DNA from: Candidatus Hadarchaeum sp.
Lineage (GTDB): Archaea > Hadarchaeota > Hadarchaeia > Hadarchaeales > Hadarchaeaceae
Length of the DNA: 64,000 bases
Direction of reading: 5' to 3'
Assembly: GCF_049969415.1 (NCBI RefSeq)
Contig: NZ_JBMFOX010000001.1
Span: 50,525-114,524 of the forward strand
Shown here: piece after piece, positions 48,446 through 57,400 of the stretch
Numbering within the stretch: the stretch's first letter is position 1
How the letters are laid out: each line of letters begins with the position of its first letter
Program-made: the position numbers and the translations under genes
The notes under the pieces: model-generated
Database searches by the model: none
The model's input: the letters and a program-made list of their open reading frames with translations, nothing else
What the model was told of the DNA's origin: nothing

Positions 48446-50598
48446 TGGTTAACCTTGAGCACCGCCACGATGCCGTTGCCGCTCAGGTAGGCCAGGCTCA
48501 GGTAATCGGGCAGCGGGGCATAGCCGCCGTAGACGCGCGCGTACAGCGGCGGGCTGGTGTAATAGGGCTCGCCGAGGAAGGCGAGGATCTGGTCCAGCGA
48601 GGGGGTGTTGGTCCAGCTGGGCAGGTAGATCCGCAGCACCCGGGGGATCTGGACGTTCTCCCAGAAGTTGAAGCGGAAGTTGGTCAGGTCCCCGGTCTGG
48701 CTATAGTAGAAGATGACGACGCCGGCGCAGTAGCGGTTCTCGCCGTCGCCGCGGGCAAAGGCCTTGAAATCATCGAAGCTGAAGAGGATGTTCTCGCTGG
48801 CGAAGTGGAAGACGAGGTAGTTGTCTTCAAGCGTGACCCGCTGGCTTTTCTCACCGCTGTCACCAGCCACCGTGTCCAGCATGCTGAGGTACTGGTAGGC
48901 GTGGAGGATGAGGTAGTCTATCCTCACGCCGTAGTTGTCGCGGTAGGTCTCCAGATAAAAGGCGAGTTCACTGGCGTCGAGGCCCGGGAACCGCTGGATG
49001 TCGGTCCTGCGGCCGTTGATGGTATAGTGCTGCCGGAGGAAGGTGCCCGTGGAGTCATTCACCGTATAGATGTAGTCCGGGGGCTTCACTCCCAGCTCGT
49101 TCTCCCACTTTCCCATCTCTCCCAAAATCTCCGCACCATCTACAACTGTGGGCCTCCTAGCAGCAGCCGCAACTAAGTGGCCATAAGACCATTCCACCGC
49201 CACCACCGAGTTCTCCGCGGTGTTGGTCTTTAACCAGCTGGAGGCTTCTATAAGACCTTGATCCAGACCCTGCTGACCATACCACTCGGGCGGGGGGACC
49301 GTGGCCCCCGCATAGTTGTAGGCGTTAACGACAAAAGGTGAAACAAAGACGACGACCAAAGCACCCACGAGGATGGGATTTTCAGCCTCCTTTAGCCAGC
49401 GGCCGACAGAGGGGTAGAAATAGGCTCTCTGAATTAGCTTGAGGAGGGCTGCAAAACCGACGCCGGTGAGGACCGGGACCAGCGGCCACCACTGGCGAAC
49501 GAACCTGGCCGGGCCCACCCCGGGGTAGACCATTGCCACCAGAACTACCAGCCAAGCGATGACCAGGATCTCCCAATTTTTCCTCGACCAGAAAAACTTC
49601 GCCAGAGCCAGCGCAAACATGAGAACCATAAAAACGGTCAGGATGCCATTGTTATAGAAAACGCTCAGCGTCTCGGTGATAGGCCCTGCGGCTCGAGCCT
49701 CGGTGGCATAAGTTGGCAGAGTCACGCCGCTGCTCCCTCCGATCTTAAGATATCCCAGCAGCATCTGGAAATAACCGACCCAGAAATCGGGCCTCTGTTT
49801 TCCCAGGATCACGTAGATTACGCTCATCACCGACAGCATGATGATCACCCCGACTATCGGCCAGAGGTGATCCCGGAGGGTGGACTTGAACGCCCCGAAG
49901 ACATCCGAAAATCTGCGAACCAGCCTCTCAAAAAATCTGAACAAGAGAAGGAGGATGACTCCACCGAGGGGGACGGCGGCGAAGTAGAGGGATCCTGCCC
50001 ACGCTAGGGAAAAAAGGCCAAAGGAAAGACCGGCAAGAACGGCCTGCTTGAGAAAGTCCCCCTTTGAGGCCTTGAAGACCTTGATGGTGAAGAAGGCCGC
50101 GGTCAGGGTGAGAAGATTCACTAAGCAATCGCGGTCGAAAGAGCCCACCTTCATCCAGTAGATGGTGTCGGTCATCGTCGCGGCGAAGAAGACCGCGGCG
50201 GCTCCGGCAACGTCCCCTCCCAGCTCCCTGCCGATGAGGAAGACGGGGATCAGCGAAAGGGCGAACATCAGCGGCCCCCAGAACTTGACCACATCCATCA
50301 GGGTTACGCTCGGGTCAACCGCGTGGACGCCTTGGTAGAGCATCACCGCGAGCAAGGGTTGCAGCTGCTCGTTGAATGAAACGGGTAAGCCGTAGGGGGC
50401 ATGGGAAAGCGGGTTGTTGTCGACGAGTGTGCCCTTATTTAAGATCTCAACGGCGACATTGTAGACCCAGCCGCTGTCGGAGGTGGTGAGGGTGTCATGC
50501 TTCTCCCCGGGAACCATGAGTATCGTGACGGAGAGGACCATCATCGAAACCAGATAGGCAACGATGAGCCATCTGCGATAGTTCAAATTGACACCCAA
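47320..50598 (-). CDS. AglB/STT3-like GT-C membrane protein with non-canonical EWSYG motif and four C-terminal Ig/FN3-like repeats
   Basis: About 13 TM segments; DNNPLSHAPYG, GSFDRD, ATE (TIxE-like), RF and WLKTNT...VVAVEWSYGH...RRPTVVDG; repeated P..L..P...PTFxW...YxWxV units. Confidence 0.8.
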   Translation of the reverse strand: MGVNLNYRRWLIVAYLVSMMVLSVTILMVPGEKHDTLTTSDSGWVYNVAVEILNKGTLVDNNPLSHAPYGLPVSFNEQLQPLLAVMLYQGVHAVDPSVTLMDVVKFWGPLMFALSLIPVFLIGRELGGDVAGAAAVFFAATMTDTIYWMKVGSFDRDCLVNLLTLTAAFFTIKVFKASKGDFLKQAVLAGLSFGLFSLAWAGSLYFAAVPLGGVILLLLFRFFERLVRRFSDVFGAFKSTLRDHLWPIVGVIIMLSVMSVIYVILGKQRPDFWVGYFQMLLGYLKIGGSSGVTLPTYATEARAAGPITETLSVFYNNGILTVFMVLMFALALAKFFWSRKNWEILVIAWLVVLVAMVYPGVGPARFVRQWWPLVPVLTGVGFAALLKLIQRAYFYPSVGRWLKEAENPILVGALVVVFVSPFVVNAYNYAGATVPPPEWYGQQGLDQGLIEASSWLKTNTAENSVVAVEWSYGHLVAAAARRPTVVDGAEILGEMGKWENELGVKPPDYIYTVNDSTGTFLRQHYTINGRRTDIQRFPGLDASELAFYLETYRDNYGVRIDYLILHAYQYLSMLDTVAGDSGEKSQRVTLEDNYLVFHFASENILFSFDDFKAFARGDGENRYCAGVVIFYYSQTGDLTNFRFNFWENVQIPRVLRIYLPSWTNTPSLDQILAFLGEPYYTSPPLYARVYGGYAPLPDYLSLAYLSGNGIVAVLKVNHTASPIYPTGGSLINDSTPEFRWTSGIGATRYEFVLARDENFSSVVVQAETTQPSYTPAVVLADGSYWWRVAAYKEEKLLGWSEAASFTLDTAPPVAPQLIEPQEGAVFSQFELTFRWSPSEPGARYQVQVYNEADPGQLLVDNLLEAENLAFTFQNNGVYVWRVRAIDSAGNQSSWSQGRFTIRLPPQPPTLVSPEKDGSVNTAQPTFRWSGGVADNFRIVVDDDPNFGSPEIFFTLGLVRSYTAPEPLPDGTYHWKVVSVVGSQLASSPVWTLTIDTIPPEAPEPLAPSNHATLTENRPTFSWSSVLGAASYRLVLDNDQDFSSPMLDNLTSATSLTLPFDLSPGSYYWKVYALDQAGNENASPVWTLTVGGG

Positions 50599-50644
50599 TA
50601 AGTTTAGAAGGAACAGCGCTTAAAGGCTACGAGTCGTGGACCGT

Positions 50645-50905
50645 TCACTCGGCTTTCTCGGGCTGACTCTCCTCGGATGTCTTCGGCGCGGGCGGGGCCT
50701 CCTTGGTGGTCACCATGATCCAGCCCAGCCAGAATCCCAAACCGCAGACCACGAGGATGCCCGCGGTCACCGGCAGCGCGAAGGCCAACGCGCTACGCGC
50801 CCAAGCACTTGGCCCACCGCTGATGTAGCCGAAGTAAATGTGCGCAATCGCCACCACAACCGTAGCGATACAAAGCAAGGCTCCTAAGGGTCTAGTCGCT
50901 GCCAC
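50645..50905 (-). CDS. Small 2-TM membrane protein
   Basis: Two hydrophobic helices, GLGFWLGWIMVTTKE, charged tail; GGTGG RBS. Confidence 0.7.
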   Translation of the reverse strand: MAATRPLGALLCIATVVVAIAHIYFGYISGGPSAWARSALAFALPVTAGILVVCGLGFWLGWIMVTTKEAPPAPKTSEESQPEKAE

Positions 50906-50990
50906 TCAACCACCACTTCAAACATCATTTAAATGCTCCTTTTAAATAACTTTCTAACGGATTCATAAGCAGCGGCGACAGAATCTCAGC

Positions 50991-51065
50991 GGGCCCGTGG
51001 CCTAGCTAGGATAGGGCGGCAGCGTCCTAAGCTGTAGATCGTGGGTTCGAATCCCACCGGGCCCG
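50991..51065 (+). tRNA. tRNA-Arg (anticodon CCT), intronless
   Basis: Acceptor GGGCCCG/CGGGCCC, D arm GCCT..GGGC, anticodon stem GCAGC/GCTGT with loop GTCCTAA, T arm GTGGG-TTCGAAT-CCCAC; TATA-like TTTAAATA upstream. Confidence 0.96.
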
Positions 51066-51399
51066 CCTTTCCGATTACCCCATTTCTCACCTCTTCTGAC
51101 TAAGCGCGCTATTTCTCTAATCCCGATCTCTGACGCTTTGGCCTCCTGGGCCTCATTCCCGGCGATGAAAAATCCAACTGGTATGGGTCGGTCGTGAGTC
51201 CCTTGCTCGGCTGTAGAGGAGGATTCGAGCTGCATTAGAAAAAACAACGGGATGAAGCTGCCCATCTCGCTCCGAAGATTGAAATAAGTTGTGGAGGGAT
51301 AAAGATTTGTATAAAAGTTTCCCCCATACTAAACTACTCGGCGTTAAATTGTCGCTAAAAAAGCCTTGAGGACAAGGAGAGGCTAACTGGGTTCCCGCT

Positions 51400-51790
51400 G
51401 GTCAAGAACTTTCTGCGTTATCGGCCGGAGTAGAGCCGGCAAAACTTATTTCTTAGATGATCTGATCCGGAACAAAAAACCCTCAGCGATGAGGATGATC
51501 TCTTCATCAACTTTGAGGACTATCCAGTTTCCTCCCTGGAAATCGGAGACGTATTCAACGCGCTGGGGCTCCACGAAGAGATGTACGGCAAAGAGCCAGA
51601 GTTCATCTTTTTAGATGAGGTTCAGGAGGCTGAAAAAATGGGAAACTCTGGTTTACTCCCTGTTCGAGAAAAAGAGATACTTCATCTTCATAACCGGTTC
51701 CTCTTCAAGCCCCTGGGTAGGGAAATCGCTACCCAAAACAGAGACAGAGGCGTTTCAACCGGCGTCTTCCCACCGTCCTTTTGGAGCTCC
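51400..51790 (+). pseudogene. Frameshifted AAA_14/DUF4143-type ATPase remnant
   Basis: VIGRSRAGKT (Walker A), FINFED, IFLDEVQ (Walker B), W...FITGSSS and REIATQ found in successive different frames; truncated. Confidence 0.8.
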
Positions 51791-51967
51791 CGGCAGACAA
51801 AGGCGAGATGCCCCAGGAACCGCTTTCGACCGAACGCTCAATAAAGGGGTTGGGTGAAAATTGCCCCTATCCGCGACGCTTTCCCACAGATTTAAAAACG
51901 CGATATTCTCTCCAGATACGCGGGATTGAACGGCGCTGAACCCCATCATGCTGGAGCGCTCCGGAGC

Positions 51968-52612
51968 TCACGGCCAGGAAAGCACCCAGATTTCAGACTG
52001 TGCGGGTAGATTCTCCGGCTTGATCTCGAACTGGCTCGACTTAACCTGCCTTACGTTTTTCTTCCCCTTCAAAAACTCCTCCACCCCGTGAATTCCTACC
52101 TTCAGGCCCGGGATCCGGTAGTGCATCGGCACCGCTATTCTGGGGGAGATTTTCTCCAGAGTTTCCGTGGCTCCGCGGGCATCGATCGTGTAGACGCCGC
52201 CCACGGGAACGAAGAGCAGGTCCACTCCGCCGATTTCCTTCACCTGCCGGTCCGTGGGCACATGTCCAAGGTCACCCAGATGGCAGATCCTGAGCCCTCC
52301 CATCTCCACGACATAGAGGGTGTTCTCGCCTCTGAGCTTTCCGCCCTTCTCATCGTGATACGTCCGAACGCCCCGGACTCTGACTTCCCCCACCGTCCTA
52401 ACCCCTGAATCCTTCGCCACAATTCCGCCCGGCCTGAGAACCAGATTGGCACCGTCGGCATGGTCAAAATGATCGTGCGAAATCAGTACCAGGTCCGCCT
52501 TGACCTGCGGGGGCTCGAGACCGATGCCCGTGCCGTTGTGCGGATCGAAAACTACCGTTTTACCATCGCTGACCTCAAAACAGGCGTGACCCCACCACTT
52601 CACCTTCACCAT
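51968..52612 (-). CDS. MBL-fold metallo-hydrolase (UlaG/Lactamase_B_3-like)
   Basis: WWGHACF, SHDHFDH, HLGDLGH and VPMHY. Confidence 0.92.
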   Translation of the reverse strand: MVKVKWWGHACFEVSDGKTVVFDPHNGTGIGLEPPQVKADLVLISHDHFDHADGANLVLRPGGIVAKDSGVRTVGEVRVRGVRTYHDEKGGKLRGENTLYVVEMGGLRICHLGDLGHVPTDRQVKEIGGVDLLFVPVGGVYTIDARGATETLEKISPRIAVPMHYRIPGLKVGIHGVEEFLKGKKNVRQVKSSQFEIKPENLPAQSEIWVLSWP

Positions 52613-52759
52613 CGAGACACCGCATACATTGTGGGTTTATGGAAAAATAAAAATTACTGATATTAGGGGCAAAGTATGAATTAACTGGTGTTCCCAATAA
52701 TGCCGCTATGCCACGGCCTCAATGGCTCCGGCCTTGACCTCAGCGTTTTTTGATGTCGG

Positions 52760-53320
52760 TCACTTTATGACCACGCGCTCTCCAGACGGGCCTTTTTCCT
52801 CCGCTCGTTTCAGGATGACGTCGAGCAGACCGTTGATGTAGCTCGCCTCGGCGCTCTTCGGGTCGACCCTGCCGGGCAGCTCCACCTCCTTGAAATACTT
52901 GACCTCGCCACGCGCTGCCGAAACGGTGAGCCGGTCCTCGCTGACGCGCAGGTCGATGTCCTCCTTCCTCACTCCGGGAAGCTCGATGGCCACCCGGATC
53001 TCCTCCTTGGAGGGGATTACCTCGACCAGCGGTTCACGGTAAGCGCTGGGCGCCGGGTAGGGAAGACCCCGCCTCAGGTTGCCGAAGGTCCTGATCTGGG
53101 GCTTGCCATCCGGTCCCACGGTCATCGAGTACCCGTAGATGACGGGGCCGAAGACCCTCTCCACGGAACCGTCGGGGAGCTTCTTCTCCTTGATGAACTC
53201 CTTGGGCATCGCCGCCGAGAACTCCCGGAACATCTCCTCGATGGCCCGGTCGATTTCCCGGAAGAATCTGGAGAAAGGCCGCCGTTCGAACCAATCCTCA
53301 AACCAGTCCATCGAGACCAC
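52760..53320 (-). CDS. Archaeal small heat-shock protein Hsp20
   Basis: GPVIYGYSMTVGPDGKP..FGN, REPLVEV, ELPGVRKEDI and YINGLLDV. Confidence 0.93.
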   Translation of the reverse strand: MVSMDWFEDWFERRPFSRFFREIDRAIEEMFREFSAAMPKEFIKEKKLPDGSVERVFGPVIYGYSMTVGPDGKPQIRTFGNLRRGLPYPAPSAYREPLVEVIPSKEEIRVAIELPGVRKEDIDLRVSEDRLTVSAARGEVKYFKEVELPGRVDPKSAEASYINGLLDVILKRAEEKGPSGERVVIK

Positions 53321-53478
53321 CCAATTTATGATCTTCCTTTTCCCACTTTATCTTTTTCTCCGGTATGCCAAGCATCTGATAAAACGAATTCGATTGATAC
53401 CAAATTGGGGATCCAATTTATCGCACTGAGGAAAGCTATTAAAACAGCTGAACTAATTGCGTCTGGAAGTGAGATTGA

Positions 53479-54576
53479 ATGATACCTGTATGCGAACCCA
53501 AGTTGGGAACGAAAGAGCTTGAGTATGTTATCGATTGTATAAAGACCAACTGGATTTCCTCCAAGGGGAAGTACATAGACGAGTTCGAGCGCAGGTTCAG
53601 CGAGTACTGCGGGGCTAAGTACGGAATTGCGACCTGTAACGGAACCGCCGCTCTCCACCTTGCCCTTGCCAGCATCGGCGTTGGCCCGAGTGACGAGGTA
53701 ATCTGCCCTTCATTTACGATGATCGCGACCGCCAACTCGATAACCTATACCGGAGCGAAGCCGGTCCTCGTTGATTCCGAACCCATGACGTGGAACATTG
53801 ACCCCTCCAAGATTGAGGAAAAGATAACGGACCGAACCAAGGCAATCATGGTGATGCACACCTATGGCCACCCGGTCGACATGGACCCTATCCTCGAGAT
53901 CGCGAAAAACCACGATTTATATGTAATCGAGGATGCTGCCGAAGCCCACGGTGCCGAGTATAAAGGTAAAAAAGTGGGTGCACTTGGTGATGCCGGTTGC
54001 TTCAGCTTTTACGCCAACAAAATCATCACCACGGGGGAGGGGGGGATGGTGGTCACCAATAACGAAGAGATAGCCAAGATGTGCCGGCTGCTCCGTGACC
54101 AAGCTTTTGAGCCCAAGCGCTTTGTCCACCGCTATATAGGTTTCAACTACCGCATGACTAACCTGCAGGCTGCAATCGGGGTGGGCCAGATGGACCTCAT
54201 AGACGAGTCCGTCGCCACGCGCCGGCGCAACGCCATGCTCTACAATTCGCTACTGAAGGATGTTGAAGGGATAATCCTGCCTCCCGAGGCTCCTTGGGCA
54301 AAAAACGTGTACTGGATGTACACGGTACTTGTGGACGACTCCTTCGGCATGAGCAGGGATGACCTCATGGTCTACCTGAAGGAGAAGGGAATCGACACCC
54401 GCTCGGCCTTTCATCCGATCCACCTACAGCCGGTCTACGAGAAGCAGTATGCGGGGGAGAGGTACCCGGTGGCCGAAGAGCTGGGAAGAAAGGGGATAAA
54501 CCTGCCCTCTGGAAACACGCTGACCAAGGACCAGATCAAGTACATTGCGGAGACCATTGCATCTGCCAGAAGGTGA
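53479..54576 (+). CDS. DegT/DnrJ/EryC1/StrS aminotransferase (perosamine-synthase-like)
   Basis: NWISSKG, NGTAALHLAL, EDAAEAHG, SFYANKIITTGEGG and FNYRMTN. Confidence 0.93.
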   Translation: MIPVCEPKLGTKELEYVIDCIKTNWISSKGKYIDEFERRFSEYCGAKYGIATCNGTAALHLALASIGVGPSDEVICPSFTMIATANSITYTGAKPVLVDSEPMTWNIDPSKIEEKITDRTKAIMVMHTYGHPVDMDPILEIAKNHDLYVIEDAAEAHGAEYKGKKVGALGDAGCFSFYANKIITTGEGGMVVTNNEEIAKMCRLLRDQAFEPKRFVHRYIGFNYRMTNLQAAIGVGQMDLIDESVATRRRNAMLYNSLLKDVEGIILPPEAPWAKNVYWMYTVLVDDSFGMSRDDLMVYLKEKGIDTRSAFHPIHLQPVYEKQYAGERYPVAEELGRKGINLPSGNTLTKDQIKYIAETIASARR

Positions 54577-54580
54577 AAAT

Positions 54581-55597
54581 GTGACCGACCTGTCCTTTGC
54601 CGTCATCGGCTGCGGGAGCTTCGGGTCGCGTAGGGTGAACGCGCTAAGGAAAATCGGTGCAAGGATTGTCTGCTTAGTAGATATCAATGAGGAGATGGTA
54701 TCAAAGATGGCCCGAGACGTGGGTTGCGAGTATCACACTGACTACCGGGAAGCTCTGAAGAGGAAGAATCTCGACTGCGTGGTGGTGGCAACACCAAACA
54801 AGTTCCATGCCCCCATATCGGTTGCCGCGATGGACGCCGGAAAGCACGTGCTCTGCGAAAAGCCCCTCGCTAGGAACCCTGAAGAGGCGCGGGCGATGGT
54901 CGAGGCCGCAAAGAAAAACGGTGTGTTTCTTAAAACGGGATCAAACCTCAGGTATTTCTCAAACGTGAGGAAGGCCAAAGAACTCGTGGAAAGTGGGACG
55001 ATAGGAAAACCTCTCTTCGTAAGAGGATGGATCGGACACGACGGAAAGAAGGTCCTGCACACCTGGAACGTGGACAGGGAGATGGCGGGAGGAGGGACGG
55101 TGCTCGACAACGGCGCCCATATTCTCGACCTCTTCCGATGGTTCATGGGCGACTTCTCGGTGTGCACCGGTCACGTCGCGACGCTCCACATGCCCATCGA
55201 AGTGGAGGACAACGGCATGGGAATCTTTAGGGCCGAGGACGGGAGGATGGCGTTCATCCAGTCTTCGTGGACAGAGTGGTCGGGGTACATGTACATGGAG
55301 ATGTACGGAAGCGAGGGATCCGTGATCATAGACAACAGAGGGGAGAAAGCAGTGAACAGTGGTAAATGGGTAGTGACCAGCACGACAGTCCTCACGGCGA
55401 AGGACGGGTCGCGCCAGATCTTCGACTACTCCGCCGAGCCGCCGCAGTCCTACGAGCTGGAGCTGAAGGATTTCATCTCATGCGTGGAAGGCGGACATCA
55501 GCCCATGGCGAGCGGCCACGACGGGATGAAGGTCGTTGAGATGGTCCAGGCGATATACGAGTCCTCCAGGCTTGGGCGCGCGGTGAAATTGCGATAG
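54581..55597 (+). CDS. Gfo/Idh/MocA family oxidoreductase
   Basis: IGCGSFG, ATPN..H, GKHVLCEKP and GGGTVLDNGAH; GTG start at 54581. Confidence 0.93.
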   Translation: MTDLSFAVIGCGSFGSRRVNALRKIGARIVCLVDINEEMVSKMARDVGCEYHTDYREALKRKNLDCVVVATPNKFHAPISVAAMDAGKHVLCEKPLARNPEEARAMVEAAKKNGVFLKTGSNLRYFSNVRKAKELVESGTIGKPLFVRGWIGHDGKKVLHTWNVDREMAGGGTVLDNGAHILDLFRWFMGDFSVCTGHVATLHMPIEVEDNGMGIFRAEDGRMAFIQSSWTEWSGYMYMEMYGSEGSVIIDNRGEKAVNSGKWVVTSTTVLTAKDGSRQIFDYSAEPPQSYELELKDFISCVEGGHQPMASGHDGMKVVEMVQAIYESSRLGRAVKLR

Positions 55598-55809
55598 GTG
55601 TGAATTTTAACTTTGCCTGCTAGAAAACTCCCCAAGCAATGGAGCCGACGTGAAATAAAGCCTGTGAAGACAGGAGTTCCTACACCATTTTTGCCCCTGA
55701 TGAAAGCAGGATTGGTCCGCGAGTTAAGTTGCAAGTTGCGGGGGAATGCTAACTTCGTTGCAGACGCCACTATGCCCTCGATGCAGTTTACTCTTTTATA
55801 TCTGGCTCT

Positions 55810-56580
55810 TCAAGACAACGCATCTAGTATTTGGCGGATGTTCCTTCTCACTAACCCGGATTTTAGGCCGCTGCCAAAGAGAGTTTCCGCTATAAATTCC
55901 GAGGTCTCCTCCTCAAGCAACCCCTCGATACCTCGGCTTGCGAGTTCAACCTTCCAAGCCTCCTTTTTTAGTAGTTCCAAAATTTTTGCTGAGGAGTAGA
56001 AAAGCAGACCGTAGATGTCGCACGCATCCTTCATCCTCTTTTCCTTGGTCTCCCTTTTCAGGAAGGAATCCAACTTCAAAAGTAGCAGAAAGTCCTCCTC
56101 CGGAACAAAAACTTTCAACCCCTCAATTGTCATGGGCCTCGTCGCTTTTCTTTTTATCATTTTTGCGACGATTTCATTCGGCCACACTCCGACCGCATCA
56201 CTTTCCCCATTACCCAACACATCGAGGAACACATAAATCAGCTCAAACGAATGTTTCCTTCCTGCCTCGTCTTCGCTCAGTTTTCTCATGGAATCCCTTT
56301 CTAAGATCAGCGTGTACCTGAACCTATATTCGCCAGGGATGAAGCCGATCTTCCTTATGGCGCGCGCAAACTGTAACGGAAAATTGCCCCTGCAGTCGAG
56401 AAAGACATCTATGTCGCGCGATCCCAAAAAATCCCGCCCAGTGGCTCTAACAAAATTCTCATTTATCGTAAAGTGTACCGCCCACCCGCCCACAGGACCG
56501 AACTTTGGGGTTGGTCCGAGTTCGCCAAGAAGTTCTAGCAGGATCTTTTTTGAAGCCCAAGTCTCCATGGGATCGTACAT
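55810..56580 (-). CDS. Nucleotidyltransferase, AbiEii-like putative toxin
   Basis: VGGWAV...GSRDIDV, LLKLDS and KRMKDACDIY; TGATG-coupled to the upstream HTH gene. Confidence 0.75.
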   Translation of the reverse strand: MYDPMETWASKKILLELLGELGPTPKFGPVGGWAVHFTINENFVRATGRDFLGSRDIDVFLDCRGNFPLQFARAIRKIGFIPGEYRFRYTLILERDSMRKLSEDEAGRKHSFELIYVFLDVLGNGESDAVGVWPNEIVAKMIKRKATRPMTIEGLKVFVPEEDFLLLLKLDSFLKRETKEKRMKDACDIYGLLFYSSAKILELLKKEAWKVELASRGIEGLLEEETSEFIAETLFGSGLKSGLVRRNIRQILDALS

Positions 56581-57197
56581 CAGACCCCCAGCCCTACAAC
56601 TTTTGCCAAGTACTTGGCGGCCTCGCGCTCCCTCCCCCCGCAACTGTAAAGGTCTGAAAAAAGCAGAAAATTTGAAACCACCTTGATTCCCCTTATCTCT
56701 TGCATGCCGTAAAAAGGATTTAGGTCGGAAAAGATTAGGTGGATGGTACCTTTTTGGGATGGGTGTATCTGATTTCTCTCTAAGATCTCGTTCCATCTCT
56801 CTATCTGCTCCTCCGCGACATACACGTAGACCTCGTTTGGCACTACGTAAGGTGCTATGAGCTCCGCCCCGGCTAGGTGCGTGTACGCATACGAGAGCTC
56901 GTCAGCTGCTAACTCGGCTATTTTCTTGATCAGGTACTCAGGCCTTTCTAAGGCCTCAAAGTTAACCATCTTCAAGGACTTCAGAGGGCGCGCGTACGCG
57001 ATGAGATATACCATCTCCTCGTTTATCACCTTAATCCTCGGTCTCCTCCGCACGTAGCCCAGTCTCTCCAATTCATTGATGTACCTAGAGCATCTAGACA
57101 GGGAAACCTGTGCTTCCCTAGAAAATTCGCGCAGGGAAAGACTTTTTTTGGTGTTAAGCAGAACGTGGATAACGTTCAATGCTGAAGTAGGCAACAT
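56580..57197 (-). CDS. HTH + AbiEi-like putative antitoxin
   Basis: N-terminal HTH (LREFSREAQVSLS...LERLGYV), YAYTHLAGAELIAPY and VVSNFLLFSDLY..GGREREAA. Confidence 0.75.
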   Translation of the reverse strand: MLPTSALNVIHVLLNTKKSLSLREFSREAQVSLSRCSRYINELERLGYVRRRPRIKVINEEMVYLIAYARPLKSLKMVNFEALERPEYLIKKIAELAADELSYAYTHLAGAELIAPYVVPNEVYVYVAEEQIERWNEILERNQIHPSQKGTIHLIFSDLNPFYGMQEIRGIKVVSNFLLFSDLYSCGGREREAAKYLAKVVGLGV

Positions 57198-57400
57198 TTT
57201 CTTCCTTTTTTTTATTTGCCTTATATATGTTCTAATTACTTTAAATATGTTCCTCTTAATTTAAAAAATTTAAAAAAAATGGAAAGAGAATTTCAAGGAG
57301 GTGGATTGAGTCAATTTCATTTCCTTCTGGAGATTGTTGCTCGGTAGATAGGCTGAGAAAATTTATGAGTATACACAGCGGCTAAGATAAATGGTAGCAA

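Noticed and set aside
51002-51265. 87-aa minus-strand ORF overlapping the tRNA
   Set aside because: It runs antisense through tRNA-Arg and has no recognisable family; likely spurious or decayed.
55697-55730. CTGATGA resembling a hammerhead ribozyme core or C box
   Set aside because: No stem II followed by GAAA, and no convincing D box or terminal stem.
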